Shown here in pieces: positions 12,536 through 26,100 of a stretch of DNA of 64,000 nucleotides; position 1 is the first letter of the stretch; each line of letters starts with the position of its first letter. The translations under genes were made by a program, and so were the position numbers. The notes under the pieces were generated by a model. It did no database searches. It saw nothing but the letters and a program-made list of their open reading frames with translations, and was not told the origin of the DNA. Where the stretch lies: contig OZ004610.1 in the NCBI GenBank assembly GCA_963924565.1, positions 29,574,001 to 29,638,000 of the forward strand. Reading direction: 5' to 3'. Origin of the DNA: Ascidiella aspersa (taxonomy: Eukaryota).

Positions 12536-12980
12536 ATTTAGGTTGTAGTGGACTATTTTGTAGCATTAAGTAAAGATTAGGTTGAAACTATTCAAAACAT
12601 TAAAGTCGGAAAAAAATACTTGTGAATCTATTTTTTTTATTTGAGCATGAATTATACAAAAACAACGTTAATTTTTTGTGTACTTAATCGAAGTATCGTT
12701 ATAGAACAAACACGAATAGCAATAATCATACATTCAAATCATGGCAAGGCCGAGAGAAAATCAAACCAAGTGTGTTACAACAACGTTCTAAATGTATTTC
12801 ATGCAATCGTGCTTTGTGGTCAAAAAGTGAACGCGTGCCGCGGACACTCTTTTCTCCTTTTTGCCCACCTGCTTGCATAGCTATAATACCACATTCAATT
12901 AAAGCTAGACGGCGAGACAGTGAATGCTACGATAACAAGCCCCATGTCCATTAAGTTTTTATCACCTTGGATGTGAGGAG

Positions 12981-13415
12981 AAATTTCTCTGAACTTTCGC
13001 ATATATCAACATTGTCGCCTGAACTATTCTAGGTGAATCGTATTAAACACAGGATTACAGTATGACAGAAACCTCAAAAACATAGGGGGTGCACTAAATT
13101 GCCACTGTGGACGTAAAATCTCTTTTTTCAGTTTAATTATCCCGATTTTCCCTTCGCGATCTTTGTGTACCCATAAGCAGGGACACAAATTTCTTTGATC
13201 TTTCGCATATATCACCATTGGCGCCTAAACTATTGTAGGCGAATCCTGATAAAAACAAAGTTTAAAGTACAGTATGACTACAAAAACCTCGAAAACATTT
13301 CAAAGAGGCTATATTAAATTGCTGACGTGGACGTAAAATCGCTTTTATCAGTTTAGTTATCCTGTTTTTCCCTTTCAGGGTCGTGCGTGCCAATAGGCAA
13401 CAGACGAAAACTTTG
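12981..13415. repeat. Diverged tandem duplication, 2 x ~207 bp
   Basis: CTTTCGCATATATCA.CATTG.CGCCT.AACTATT and GTGGACGTAAAATC...TCAGTTTA.TTATCC each occur twice. Confidence 0.9.
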
Positions 13416-16400
13416 TGCTACCACTTTTGTGGACTACTTTAATTACCGAAATGTCCACATTGTATAGCGTAAAATAAGGAGTAATAAAATGTTTCACTAA
13501 AAAGACTTGGTCATCATGATGTAGCGTATTTGATCGTATACTATATAGTATACAATATTTGATTTGAGCCTATCTTTCGCAAATTATAATCCATGGTGCG
13601 CACCTTATAACGTTGACTACTGCCTTTGTCAAGTTACATTTTGGAAAGTTGCAATGAAACTCTTGGTATAGTTATGTCTCTTTTCAAACCTTATTCCTGA
13701 AATTTGCAGGGGGTTTCTTCATGAGCTGGGGATGCAAGATGTTTTGAAAAACGAAATATGTAAGGTCTGTTATAGCTTGCTAGGTGCAAATTGGGGTATT
13801 TAATTTAAAATTTTGTTTACTGCGGTCTTAGTCGTAAACAAAATGTAATTTATTTATTGGAGTGTGACTTGTAGCTTGACTTAAATGTACTCTAGTCTGT
13901 TTACAAATAACTCGACTTGACTCTGGGTCAAATCGGACAAAAATAGGCTATAGTTTGACTTAGAGTTGAGTGAATCGCACAAATCAGTTAACTTTGATGT
14001 ATGTTGTACCAAATTATTCTTTGGTGAAATTGTTGGTTTTTCACCTAAATTTTTACGCATAAAAGAGAGATTAATTTGTTATACTTTTACAAAGTAAAAT
14101 GCTGCCAAAAAATGTATTCTATTTATCAACTTTATTAGTTTATCCTTTTGTGCGAATGCGTGCTATGTCAATACCTTTATAGATGAAACTTGACTTGGGT
14201 GATCTCAAAGACTTGTCTTTTTGAAAATGAGTTTACTTTGACTTTAGTTATTTTGCTAATGACTTTACGTTTAACGACTGTGTAAACACACACACAGTGC
14301 ACACCAGAAAACGTGCAAAAAATATAGCCGGGTACAATTTTGTTATGTTCCAAGTTTATCCTTTTGTGCGAATGCGAAAAATGAGTTTAGTTTAGTTGGA
14401 CCAACTGACAACATCGAAACAAAGAGTTTAGTTGGACCGACTGTCAACACTAAAACACTGGCAGTAAACATCCGAAATCAGAAAAATTTTATCTGTGTTT
14501 CCAAAGAAGACCACGTCCCCTGTTGTTCTTCGGGACAGTGACCCGCCACCACCCAAAATGCGCCGTAAACGTTAGGTCGAGCGATGCTTGGCATACTTGA
14601 GCAAACATATCGCCCTATGCTGTTTATCTATATTGCCCTATGAATTTAAGAGCCCATGCGAAGTTGTGTAGCCTAGTGTCAACCGAACACGCCTTTACGA
14701 GCCAATAAACTGTATTTTTGATCGCTTACCGAGCCGCATATATCGCTTCACCACAACAAAACAAAATTCCAAAACCGCAGTTTGCGAAAGTCTCGGGTGA
14801 ACGACCTCTGGGTCAGTCACCTCTGAAACACTTTATATACTGACGGTGGGAATTTGGGAGCACTGGTCGTATTTCGACGATATTATTTCCCAGTTTTCAC
14901 ATAATTTCCATTATGATAACTAATAATTAAAAGTTTGAAACTATCATTTTAGGAAAAGTTTTTTTTTTTAAACATTTTTTATTTAATAATAAAATAGCGA
15001 AAAAAGCACAAAAACGCAATATGTTAAAAAAAAATTATCATGTAGCTAACGACCATCTACTTTTCTATGTCGGCATTCGTCATATTCCCTCTTTTTAAAG
15101 CTGAATAGGCCTATCTCTTGAAAATTCGCCCAAAATATAACCGGAACTTCGCGAAAAAGCTTTTTCACTCCCGCAACTTAAAGTCCGATGTAATTCTAAT
15201 TGACCTATAGGTGTAAAGAGGATTGTTGTTTTATTTGCTCGTAAACCGTCTTGGTGAAGTGAAATAAATACTTTCGATGTGTCGGTTCTCTTGACCAGGG
15301 ATGGTGAACCACTGTCCCGTGGGTCACGAAGTCACAAAGTGACCCACCATAGGTTTGTAGTGACCCACTTGTCTCTCTAAATTAGAAATACCAAAATGTT
15401 ATCTATCATTTTTAATAGATAAATGTACAAAAAAAAATTCAAAATTCTCTAAGAGATAAATGTAAAAAAAACAATTCTTCGTTAGATAGCACTGTAGCCT
15501 ATACTGTTTAAATCAGGACTGCCCATTCTGTGGGTCGGGCCAAATTGTTTTAAGGGTGACGGGTAGACCTACATAAACTGCACTTCAACAAATGCATGCA
15601 GGAGAGCAGACAACTAAAAGCATTTTTTTTTGCAGTAAAACGTGAAGGGTGGCAGGAAAATTGGGAGCATGCAGACTAAAAATTGTGGAAGCCCTGGTTA
15701 AACCATGCTGGAAAGCTTTTTGCTGAATTCCTGTAATCCCATAAAAGATGCTGCAGCATTTGTTAACTATTTAGGTACTTAATATTCGTAGAAATACGAA
15801 TTTGGACTCGTAAAAAAACCTTGAAATACCAAGCCAGACAATACCACTTCAAACGACCCAGCAACAAAGTTTCGCATAAAATAAAATTGATACCCACTGG
15901 TGCATTTTGTAAGGATTAAAGTTGTGCTTGTGTCCCGCGCAATAAAAAGGTTCGCCATCCCTGCTCTAGACCATCGTAAAGTCCATTCTTCTGCGAGACT
16001 CGACATTAATTTTATGAATTTCACAAAATCTGCGTCGTTTGATGGAAAGTTAAATTTAATTTTTAATGTGGTCATATAATGTAGGTATTTTCCATTGAAC
16101 TTTAATAAATCCTAGCACTTTTTAGTACCCTATTTTTTTACTTTTTAGTAGGCCTACCGTGAGCACCAATTTTTGATAAAAATACAACAGCGTCTACTAG
16201 CGGTCAATTTTTTTAACTGTGCAAACATTGTAAAACTTATTAAAGATTTTTACAAAGGCCTACATACACGTCTTTAGGTATCTAATATTTGCTACTTGCT
16301 TCAGAATGGTGTATTGTTATTCTTTGTTTCTCAAAAACAGCGACACAAACCAGATTAAATGGGTTTACATTACAATTCTATCGGTTGTGCTTAACTAGCT

Positions 16401-17138
16401 TACAGCTCACCTGCCTTTCGCTATGTAGATGTTTCGCTTCGCTATTTGATAACTTCAACTACACGATTTTTAAAGGAGTCTACAAAACAGTCTTTAAGGT
16501 TTTGTGGTTTAGTTTATCATGAAAGACGTTTATTTTACAGAAGGCACATTTTGTTATAAATAAGAGAGTTGCTTTAAGCTTATACCCGTCACAACAAAGA
16601 GTTCATTGTATTCTTTTTAAACTGCATTTTGTCTTATGACCCCACAAAAAAAAATAGCGGGTCACTCAAATGAAGGCTTTTCGAGTTTTGGCTTTTTATG
16701 ACGTGATTATTTTTTTTACACTGGCCTACTTAACGTTAATTCCCATTTAAAAAAGCTGTAGAATAGAAATGTTAACCAAACTTATCCTTGCTAAACCAAT
16801 GATGCTATTCTACTTTATAGTATCGTTAGTTGAACTGTGATGCAAAACTTTTAAATGTTAAAAAAAACTTGAAAATTTTAATTCCATTTAGTAATTTGAT
16901 TTACAGGCCTCTATTTTCAGTCCAGTTTTGTTAATATAAACAACGTAGTTAATATAAATTTAAAGGCAGGTATAACGTTTCTATGAAATCATCCAACATC
17001 TAATAATGTACATATTTTTTTTCCTGTCTGTTATTGTGTGGTAAATTATTATGCAACTGCGCTTTTATCTGCTTGCTTTGAGCTTGAAACACTTGTTCAT
17101 TTTGTTATTTTACTCCATTAGGCACCAACTGTTTAGTT

Positions 17139-20100
17139 ATGAATGTCAATTTTGTGTACTTGTTCCTTGTACAATTGTTTTGCGTTCCATATTTTATCGA
17201 TGCAGATGTAATTGGGGTAAGTCGACAATTTTGTTCACTTTCGTTGGAGCTTTGTATACGCATTTTTTTAAACGGAAGATTTAATTTGTTCCAACTTTAC
17301 TAGTTTTGGTTGATTTGGAGTTGTTCATTCTTAGAGACTGTCATGTGGGCGCTGGTCTAGAATCGTACCACAACGCACATTATTTGGGTTAGGGTGCGAG
17401 TTAGCGTTTTGGGTTAGGGTGGGTCAAGTATTATTATTAAATAATAAATATAATAATACTTGACCCAGCCACACCCAAACGCTAACTCGCACCCTAATCC
17501 AAATATTGTAGGCTGATTTAATAATTGTGGAGGGATTCTAGACTAGCGCCGTCATATGTGTTATTAAATTTATTGTTGTTTGATAAGGAATCTTAAAGCC
17601 AAAGGTCGAGTAAATTAACATTATCTTGATAAAGACGTTTCATTACGTTCTTGTGTCATCATCATCAGTTAATGTACAATAGTGTATCGAGGTCATGTCG
17701 CTTTGATTAACCTTTTTGGCTTTAAAATTCATTATCAAGCTACATTACAGATCTGGGCGCTCTTTCACTTATGCACGTGAAAAGTTATGCAAAAAACAAA
17801 ACAAAATAATACCGCATACCACAACACATATTGTTTGGGTTAGGGTGCGGGTTAGCGTTTGGGTGAGGGTGGGTCAAGTAATATTATGTTTATTATTAAT
17901 AATAACTTGACCCACCCTCAACCAAACCCTAACCCTAACCAAAACAATATGCGTTGTGGTATGCGGCATTTAAAGAAAGTTTTTTTTTATTAATTTTTAC
18001 GTACAATACTGAAAGAGCACCCAGATCTGTGCATTGTGTATATAGTTTTGTTTATTTAAAATCACAATGAAATCAGTGCAAGAAAATGCCCACCACCTAC
18101 TCAGTATTACCAGAACATTATAGGTACAAATAAAATACATAATTGTGGTCTTTTTTCTCAATAGCTTTGTAAATTCTTAAACTGTCCGGTTTTCCCTGAA
18201 ATGAGCGGCTACATATACTCCAATCTGGCCTTTACCTAACTTGTGTCATGCATGTTGTAAATTTACTTTTTTTGTTTAGTACACCGGTTTAAATGTGTCA
18301 GAATCCTTTCCTGACTATGAGGCAGAGTTTGGGACAAGCATTGATGTAGGAATTGTGGTAAGAAATCTTAATGTTTATGTTAAACATTTGAATTACAAAG
18401 TTATGCAAATTTCCAAACTTTATATTTTTAGAAATATATTTGACTGGGATTGTTTAACCAACGTTATCAACTTTTTATGGAAAAAGTTTAAAAACTATTT
18501 TTAGGGTATCCTGATGTATGCAGAACCTTTAGATGGTTGCACAAAGATCAAGGACAGACCTTACCCTAATGCAAGTGACAATCTCACTGTCAGTGCATTC
18601 GCTTTAATAGTCAGGGGAGGATGTGACTTTGCCATAAAGGTAGGTTATTTTTTTACTAATTTTTATTCATTTTTAAGGTTATCTGATAGATAGTGAATGA
18701 TAAAATCTAGATGCAGAAAAGTGTCAATTTGATTATTTAGCTGAAAAATTTTTCTGAAAAAAATTGGCTGAAAATTTTAGGCATTCAAGTTAAAAGCACT
18801 TTAGGTCAAAAGCTTTAAATATTACAGCGTTAACTATATTGTTTCTATCATAGCAATTTAAATAACAAGCCTCAAAAACGATTTTGAAGCTTTTTGTGTA
18901 ACTTATTTTTATTTTTATTTTTTTCAGATTATAAAGTTGCAATCATTTGACAACCTCCCATATTAGAATATCAATAAATCACTTTTGAGTGTAATGCAAC
19001 TTTGTTAATACTGTCATAAAGTTTTTCAGCACTTTGTCTCTTTGCAATGATAATTTTAAGTTGGGTACTTTATTTTTACCATAGGTCCTGAATGCCCAAA
19101 ATGCAAACTATGATGGAGTTATTGTGTTCGACAATATCTCCGATGAGCTGATTAGAATGGCCTCCAACAAAGGTTGGTCTAGAATAGATACTAATGCTTT
19201 ATTATTTTTAATTCTTATGTTACTATATCCATGGTCATTGAATAAATTAAGCCCTAATTTGTAACCAGTAACAATATATGTAATTATGTATGTTCAATGA
19301 TGAAATAAAGTTAAAGAAAAACTTAAAGCTTGAACATATTGAAAAGCTGGAGAAACATTCTTTGTTGTTCATTGTTAGGTAGTTTTAACATATTTCTTCT
19401 CCACCACAAATTTTCAGCGGAAATTGCGGCCCAGATAACAATTCCATCTGTATTTGTTGGCCACACAAGCGGAATCATTCTGAACCAATCCTATCTTTAT
19501 TTTTACAAGTAGGCTAAAATTTGTTGTAATTTTGTTCGGCGTTAGACTTAAACAAATATGGTACAATATTTTTTAGAGATTTATGTCACTATTTTGACCG
19601 ATACTAATACCCGATTTACCTGATGCAATAAAATTTAAATAATACTCAGGTTAAACTCTAATTTTGGATGGTAACTTTGCATGATGCTAGTTAACCTAAC
19701 ATGTTAGATCAATCAGCCATGAAAATGAAAGTAAATGGCAGCATTTCATTTTTTACATATAGTCTAAAAGTTGAACGAATGTTTAGTTTTGGCAAGTTTG
19801 TAGTTTTGTTTGATTTAGTTTTTGTTTCAACATCTCAACATTTTCCACATATTAAGATTTTTTAAATTAATAAAAATATATTTGAAACTTTCAAAATGCT
19901 CGGTAGGATTTGAATATCAGCCGTTCATATCTTTAAACCGATATATCTGTGGATGTCTAATATTTTTATTTATCTTTATAGTTTATGTTTTTTTGTAATC
20001 TCAATTCATTACATAAAGTTTATTCGCAGTGCTACTGAACAATATTTACGAAAAAAAATCACGTATTTCTTGAAAACTGTAAGAACACATATTTCTTGGA

Positions 20101-23100
20101 AACGATAAGAACCCCTACCTTATTTATTAATCTTACTTGTTTAGTGATGGACCTTTCGTTGAAATCACAGCGGGGTTTTCGCCATACTCTTTCAAATATT
20201 ACATCGTTCCATTTATTACTGTTATCGCTTCCTGTTTCGGAGCCCTACTTCTTTTCATGGTAAGCTTCCTTTTTATATTATAGTTTGTATATAAAGATAT
20301 ATCTAGAATTTTGGTTGTTTTTACAAAGTTGTTAACTTTTCCCCCAAAAAACATTCTTAATAAAGTTGTGGTATTCTTGTTTTAATCTTGTATTGCAGTT
20401 TTCCAGTTTTAATCAACTGTGAACTTTAACCAAAAAACAAACAAGTAAACAAGGATGAACATAACTGTAAAGAGTCTGTACACTCTCAATATATTTAACT
20501 GTGTTGATCAACTTTAATTCACAATGGATAAAATTCACATGCCTTTTTTCATTACGATAATAATGGGTATATAACTATGAAAAACCCTACAAAATGATAC
20601 TTTTTTGTGTGATTCACACTTACAAACTTTATTTTTGTTAGAATTAAAGTTGTATTTACTGTTAAATTTGTGCTTACAAATCTATTTAAAACCAGGAATA
20701 AGGCAATCAAAATAGCAAATTCTTCTCTTGAGCATAGTGTTTGGAGGTTGTAGTAAGACGTATTAAGACTATCAAAAGAAAAAAAGCCCATACAGAAGTA
20801 GGTATCAGTTTGAACGTTTCTAATCTCCCTATGTTGAAAATGAATAAAGAGATATTTAAACGTTAAAAAAATTCCTACTTTTATATGGACTTTAAATTCA
20901 GCTATAATAATCACACATTTAACTCCGGCCTATTTCAACAACTTGTCGTGTTGGACTAGGCATCCTTAGGTTTAAGCAGAAAACATTCATCACAATCCCC
21001 AAACAGTTAGTCTTGGATAGTTGTATTAGGCAGCCTCAGCGCACACGCCTTGACGTATTTTCGAGTTCCTTTTCATTCATCATGGCAGCTTCGAAATTTC
21101 GTGATTAGCAGTTACTTGAGTGCCTCATTAAATTCAAAACTGGTGCAGTGAGCTTGTGCTATTGGTGCAAGGACCCATGTCTGGTATGGAATTTTTTTTG
21201 ACAATTATTTTCTTTGGGACTGTGCCGGTAAAATTCTCGTTTTTCTTTATAGTTGTAAAAGTGTACAAAAACGATGTGACTATCGATAAAGTATAGTAAA
21301 GTTTTTACCTAGCTTTATACTAAGTCTAAACAGGAAGTGTAAAAAACTTGAAGAGAAGATTTAGCTTTGTGCACACAGAAATGTCATGCAATGTTATAAG
21401 GTTAAATAATTCAAGTTGGTTGATATAAGGTTTACAGGTATTATATGTATGAATTATATGGGTAAAGGATGTTTTTTTTTATTCTTGCCCTTTAGCCTCA
21501 CAATTTATTCACTATTAGCCAGAAATAATGTAGCAAGTAGCTTATTGCTGTGGTCTAAATTGCCTATTCTATCTACTTGTGCTGTGTGTACTTTACTACT
21601 AGCAAATTTTTTAAATTTTTGTAGGCTGTCAGATACCTTCGAAACCATAGGAGACAACGCAGAAATAGGTTATCAAGGCAACGCCTCAAACAACTTCCTG
21701 TAAAGCAATTCAGCAAGGGTAAGTTGCATATGAGAGTATTATCATTTGCATACTGCTGACATTGGTGTTTCACATTTTCTATGCATTAATAATGTTAAGC
21801 TGGATTAGTACACCCAATCCAGGCCTAATGTGCTCTACGCTTATTATAGTTATTTTGTGCAACGATGATATAACAGCTGATTTTCAAATATAGTGAAACA
21901 CTCAATTATAAGTTTCCAATTTGGTTTAGTTTTATTTACTCATTAAACAGTGGTTCTCAACCTTTTTTTATGCGCTAAAAAAGTTTTAATAAGGTTATTT
22001 TTGCTTTTGAGTCGCAATGCCAGTACCAGTTTATTAGTAATTAACTTTGCTGAATGAAATTTCAATGGAAAACATTGTGATGTAATAATAAGGAACTGTT
22101 CATTCACAAGTTTGTCTCACTTGCAAAAAAATACCTGTACTTACTGTTTAGATTTTGAAGTGGGCTCTGCTCATAACTTGCTCCAAAATGCATAATATGC
22201 ATTGCATATGGATGCTAATTTTACCTGCCCCAACTAAATTTTGATTTATTTGGTAAAATTGGTATTATTGCATATAATTTAGTTTCGTCCATGCTTTGGT
22301 GTTTTTAATATTGATTATACTACCTTTGAAAGCACAAGCAAAAAGTATTTCCAGTTACATTGTATCGTTTTGGCACATTTTCGGTTAACTGATGTAGCAC
22401 GTTACATGATCTATAATTTAGGTTTTTACACCAATAATACAACTACTGACGACAAAAAGCACAAAAATATGATTTTCTATACAAATTACAGCCTAGGGGA
22501 TTCCCCCAGTTAAGGACCTCTGTATTAAAGGAACTAAACAAAGTTAAATCATTTTCCCTTAAAATTTTTGTAGAGTAAAAAAATGTCAACTAAAATATTA
22601 TCTTAAGTTTCTACACATTACAGTCTGAGTAACAAATCAAAGAACTACTTGCATTTCTTATTTTAAACACAAATAATAATTATTCACATTATTTTGTAAA
22701 TCAGTGCAGAATGATTCAGAAACTTTTTTTTGTCAAAATGTGTCTTTTGGTGACTGTTGCACCTTACATAGGTGTTTTTTCAAGCATTATGTTAACCTCA
22801 ACATGTTTCCTGCCAGGTGATGAATATGACGTTTGTGCAATTTGTCTGGACGAGTATGAGACTGGAGACAAGTTAAGAATCCTGCCTTGTCAGCATGGTA
22901 AGACGTGGTATCAGACTAGGTGAAACAAGTGTATATGGATCATTCCCGCTAAGGTTTTTCTGTCAGTTTATACAACTGAACCATATCCATACTTAAAATA
23001 ATTTTGTTTACCCAAACATTTTTTTTCACTTTGTGCAATGTTTTGTTAAAAATTTTACCTTGAATTAAATTGAACAAAAGATCGACACAGATATGTGTTT

Positions 23101-26100
23101 GTTAACAAATGTGAACTAGCCCCTCGGTAGCTGCATTTTGTCCAACGATTACGTCTTTTATTACATTTTATTAGTACAAGACTTATCAATTGTTTCTCAT
23201 TGCTTTACATTGGTTGTGGGTTTTAGTTGTCTTTTTAGCCTGCTTTTTTAGTCTGCTTTTCTAGCATCATTAATTTAGATTGGTTAGTCTGTGATGGTTT
23301 TTCGGTGTGTTGAAATAAATAGTTAGGAAATTGTCAGTTCTTGTCTATATCTCACTACATTCCTACCTTAACAAATTATTCAGTGTAACCAACAGACTAC
23401 AATTAGTTGAAATGGAATATAATGGTAGTGAAATTAAATCTAATGGTGATAGGTTAGTTTTTATGCTAACACCTGTCTTTCCCTTTTGCAGCCTACCATT
23501 GTAAATGTGTTGACCCATGGCTGACCACAAGCAAACGAGTTTGTCCGTTGTGCAAGAGGAAAGTGCTCAGCGATGATGAGGATTCAAACTCTGATTCAGA
23601 TTACAGTAGGCTTGGTTTATTTTTGCCTTTATTGCTAAACTTTCATTTGAAAGCTTTTTAATGTAGATTTAGAGATAAATGTGGTTTTCAAAGAAACAAG
23701 AAATATAGTTTCAACAACCATACACAGCATACAGTGCAAAAAATAATTAAGAATGAATTGCAGTTCTGCCAGATATTTGCTCTGTATGATTACAGCTGTA
23801 ATGCCATGTCATTGCTCTTATATTTACACACTGCATGTGCTTGTGTGTATTTACAATTGGTCACATGACTTCCTGCGTTTTATGAAAGCAATTGGTAATG
23901 CATCCATGTTACCATAAAAACATTTCTGTTTCTGATTGAAACGGTGATTTTTAGCCAAATTAAAAATAAAAACTATAGCAATTTCATATTATTTTAATAG
24001 TAATATCAATACATGTCCATTCACAATTGTATCGATGCTGTTTCTATCTATTCATTGGTACTAACATTGCTACTACAACAAAGCTGCGTTTTGCGTCTGC
24101 ATCGCGTCATAATGATCACATGACGTTACGTTTTGTGTAGGCGACACAGACAGTGAACAAGCCCCACTGCTGCGAAACTCAGTTGCCTCTTCACCAAACT
24201 CGGCACGTTTTGCAACTGGTTTTAACAGGGAGAATCCGATTCAGCGATCCTATTCTGCCAGCACTGTAACTACCACTGGCTCGGCAATTGAAAACCAGAG
24301 GTGTGTTTGTTTGACCTGTCTTTATAGCCGTCATTTCTCAGAAGTCAAAACAGTTGTCAAGCCTGCATACACAAATAGCCTGAATGAGTATTGGCCTTAA
24401 GAACTCAATTTTTTTTTTTGGTAAATTACAAGGAATCAATTGACAATTAATAATTTTAAGTTGTGTTTGCTTACCCTTATTATTGTTTATTCTGCTTCAT
24501 TTGGTAGTTTAAGTGGGGACCACTTTAATTACCATCAATTCTGAATTCGTAGGGTAAATAAATATTGGCTTGTTTTTTCCCTAAAGCTTGAAATCGGCTA
24601 ATGCTCGTGCGTCTTGCAAATCCATTGAATAAATAAAACTATGATACTGGTTTTGAACAAAGGAAAAAAAAATTTGCATTACGATTGACTGAAAAATCTC
24701 ACAGTTATATCAATTCGAAGTAACGGCAATATTAATGTGTTTTTAAAGTCTTATTTCGAAATATTTTTGAATAAAGTATTTTTATCAGTGAGTTAACCAA
24801 GTTGCTATGTATTTTTTAGTCTTCTTGATGAAGAAACTCCGCGTGGTTCTCCAATCTTACTTCACGGTCAGACAGAAAACACCCCAGTATTTCATTCAGT
24901 CTCCAGCTCTGAATCTCCTCCGATACATCAGATCACCATTTCCGCCGGTAAATAACTTATATTGACAATATTTTCAAGTAACTGGCCAGTTTAACTCGAC
25001 AAAATAAAATACTAAAAGTAGACTACTGAAAGCTTTAAGTTGCAATAAACCACAAATAAGGAATTAAATCAAATTAAATTGTTCAAGAAAAAAAAAAAAA
25101 AATTGTTACTCCAAAATGATAAATTAGAAACATTTAGAGATTTTATTCTTTATGTTAATTGTCACCTATTGATCTTGTTAAAATATTATCAAGATTACTT
25201 ATATTAAGAGAAGATTGGATTTAGTGTTGTACAACAACTGTGTGAAGTCATATTAAATTTAGAACCTTTTGTGCTATTTTTTTCAGATGTTTCACCAAAC
25301 ATTGCAATACTTCCAATAACCCAGTCAGATGACGAATACAGGTATGTAAAAATGTTGCTTTACAATTTTAACGTTTTAAAGGTTCCAACCTTGATCATAC
25401 CTTTTGACTAACTTAGTATGTTTAAAGTGACTCAATACCAAAAAAAAAATTTTTTTTTGTAACACTCGCAGTACGCGAACGCACCAGTTTCTGTTCTACA
25501 CATGTACGCATTGCGCGATTGTCGAAGCCATTTTACATGGTTGAATTTCGGTGTGTAGCCATAAGACGGACGGAGACATGATCTCCACATTGTCTTTAAT
25601 TCATTTAAAGTCTTTTAATGTCTTTGAATTAATTTGCGTATTAAAAAGTCTTTTAAAACCCTTTGCCTTCCAAAAGTCTTATAGTCTTTAAATGTATTTA
25701 AAGTTTAGTTTAGTTTTTGCGGTTAAAAAGTGTGCTGGGAAAAAAGTGTTTTAATATGTCTTATTATGTTAAACATAGCATTTCTGCTTTTTAGTGTTCG
25801 AATTATATTGAAAAAATACGTCGACCGATCCTATTTTAGCTCTTTGAAAGGCTATAAATTTTCTTCGAAAAAAATCTTTTAATGTCTTTAGTTTTTTATA
25901 TAAAACTGTGTGAAAACCCTGTTTAGAGTGACACGTCGAATTTTTATCAACGATTGTAGTTTGTATATGAATAAAACCTGGTCTGTTTTCACACAATACA
26001 GAGAAGTTCATTGGTTTATGCACTGTTGCTTCGAGGCTTGTTTACCTGTTTTGCATGACTGGTTTTAACCTGAACGTAACACATAGGACTTGACGTCAAG

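Noticed and set aside
17385-17940. Telomere or interstitial telomeric array
   Set aside because: The GGTTAG units are few, degenerate and sit inside the arms of foldback elements.
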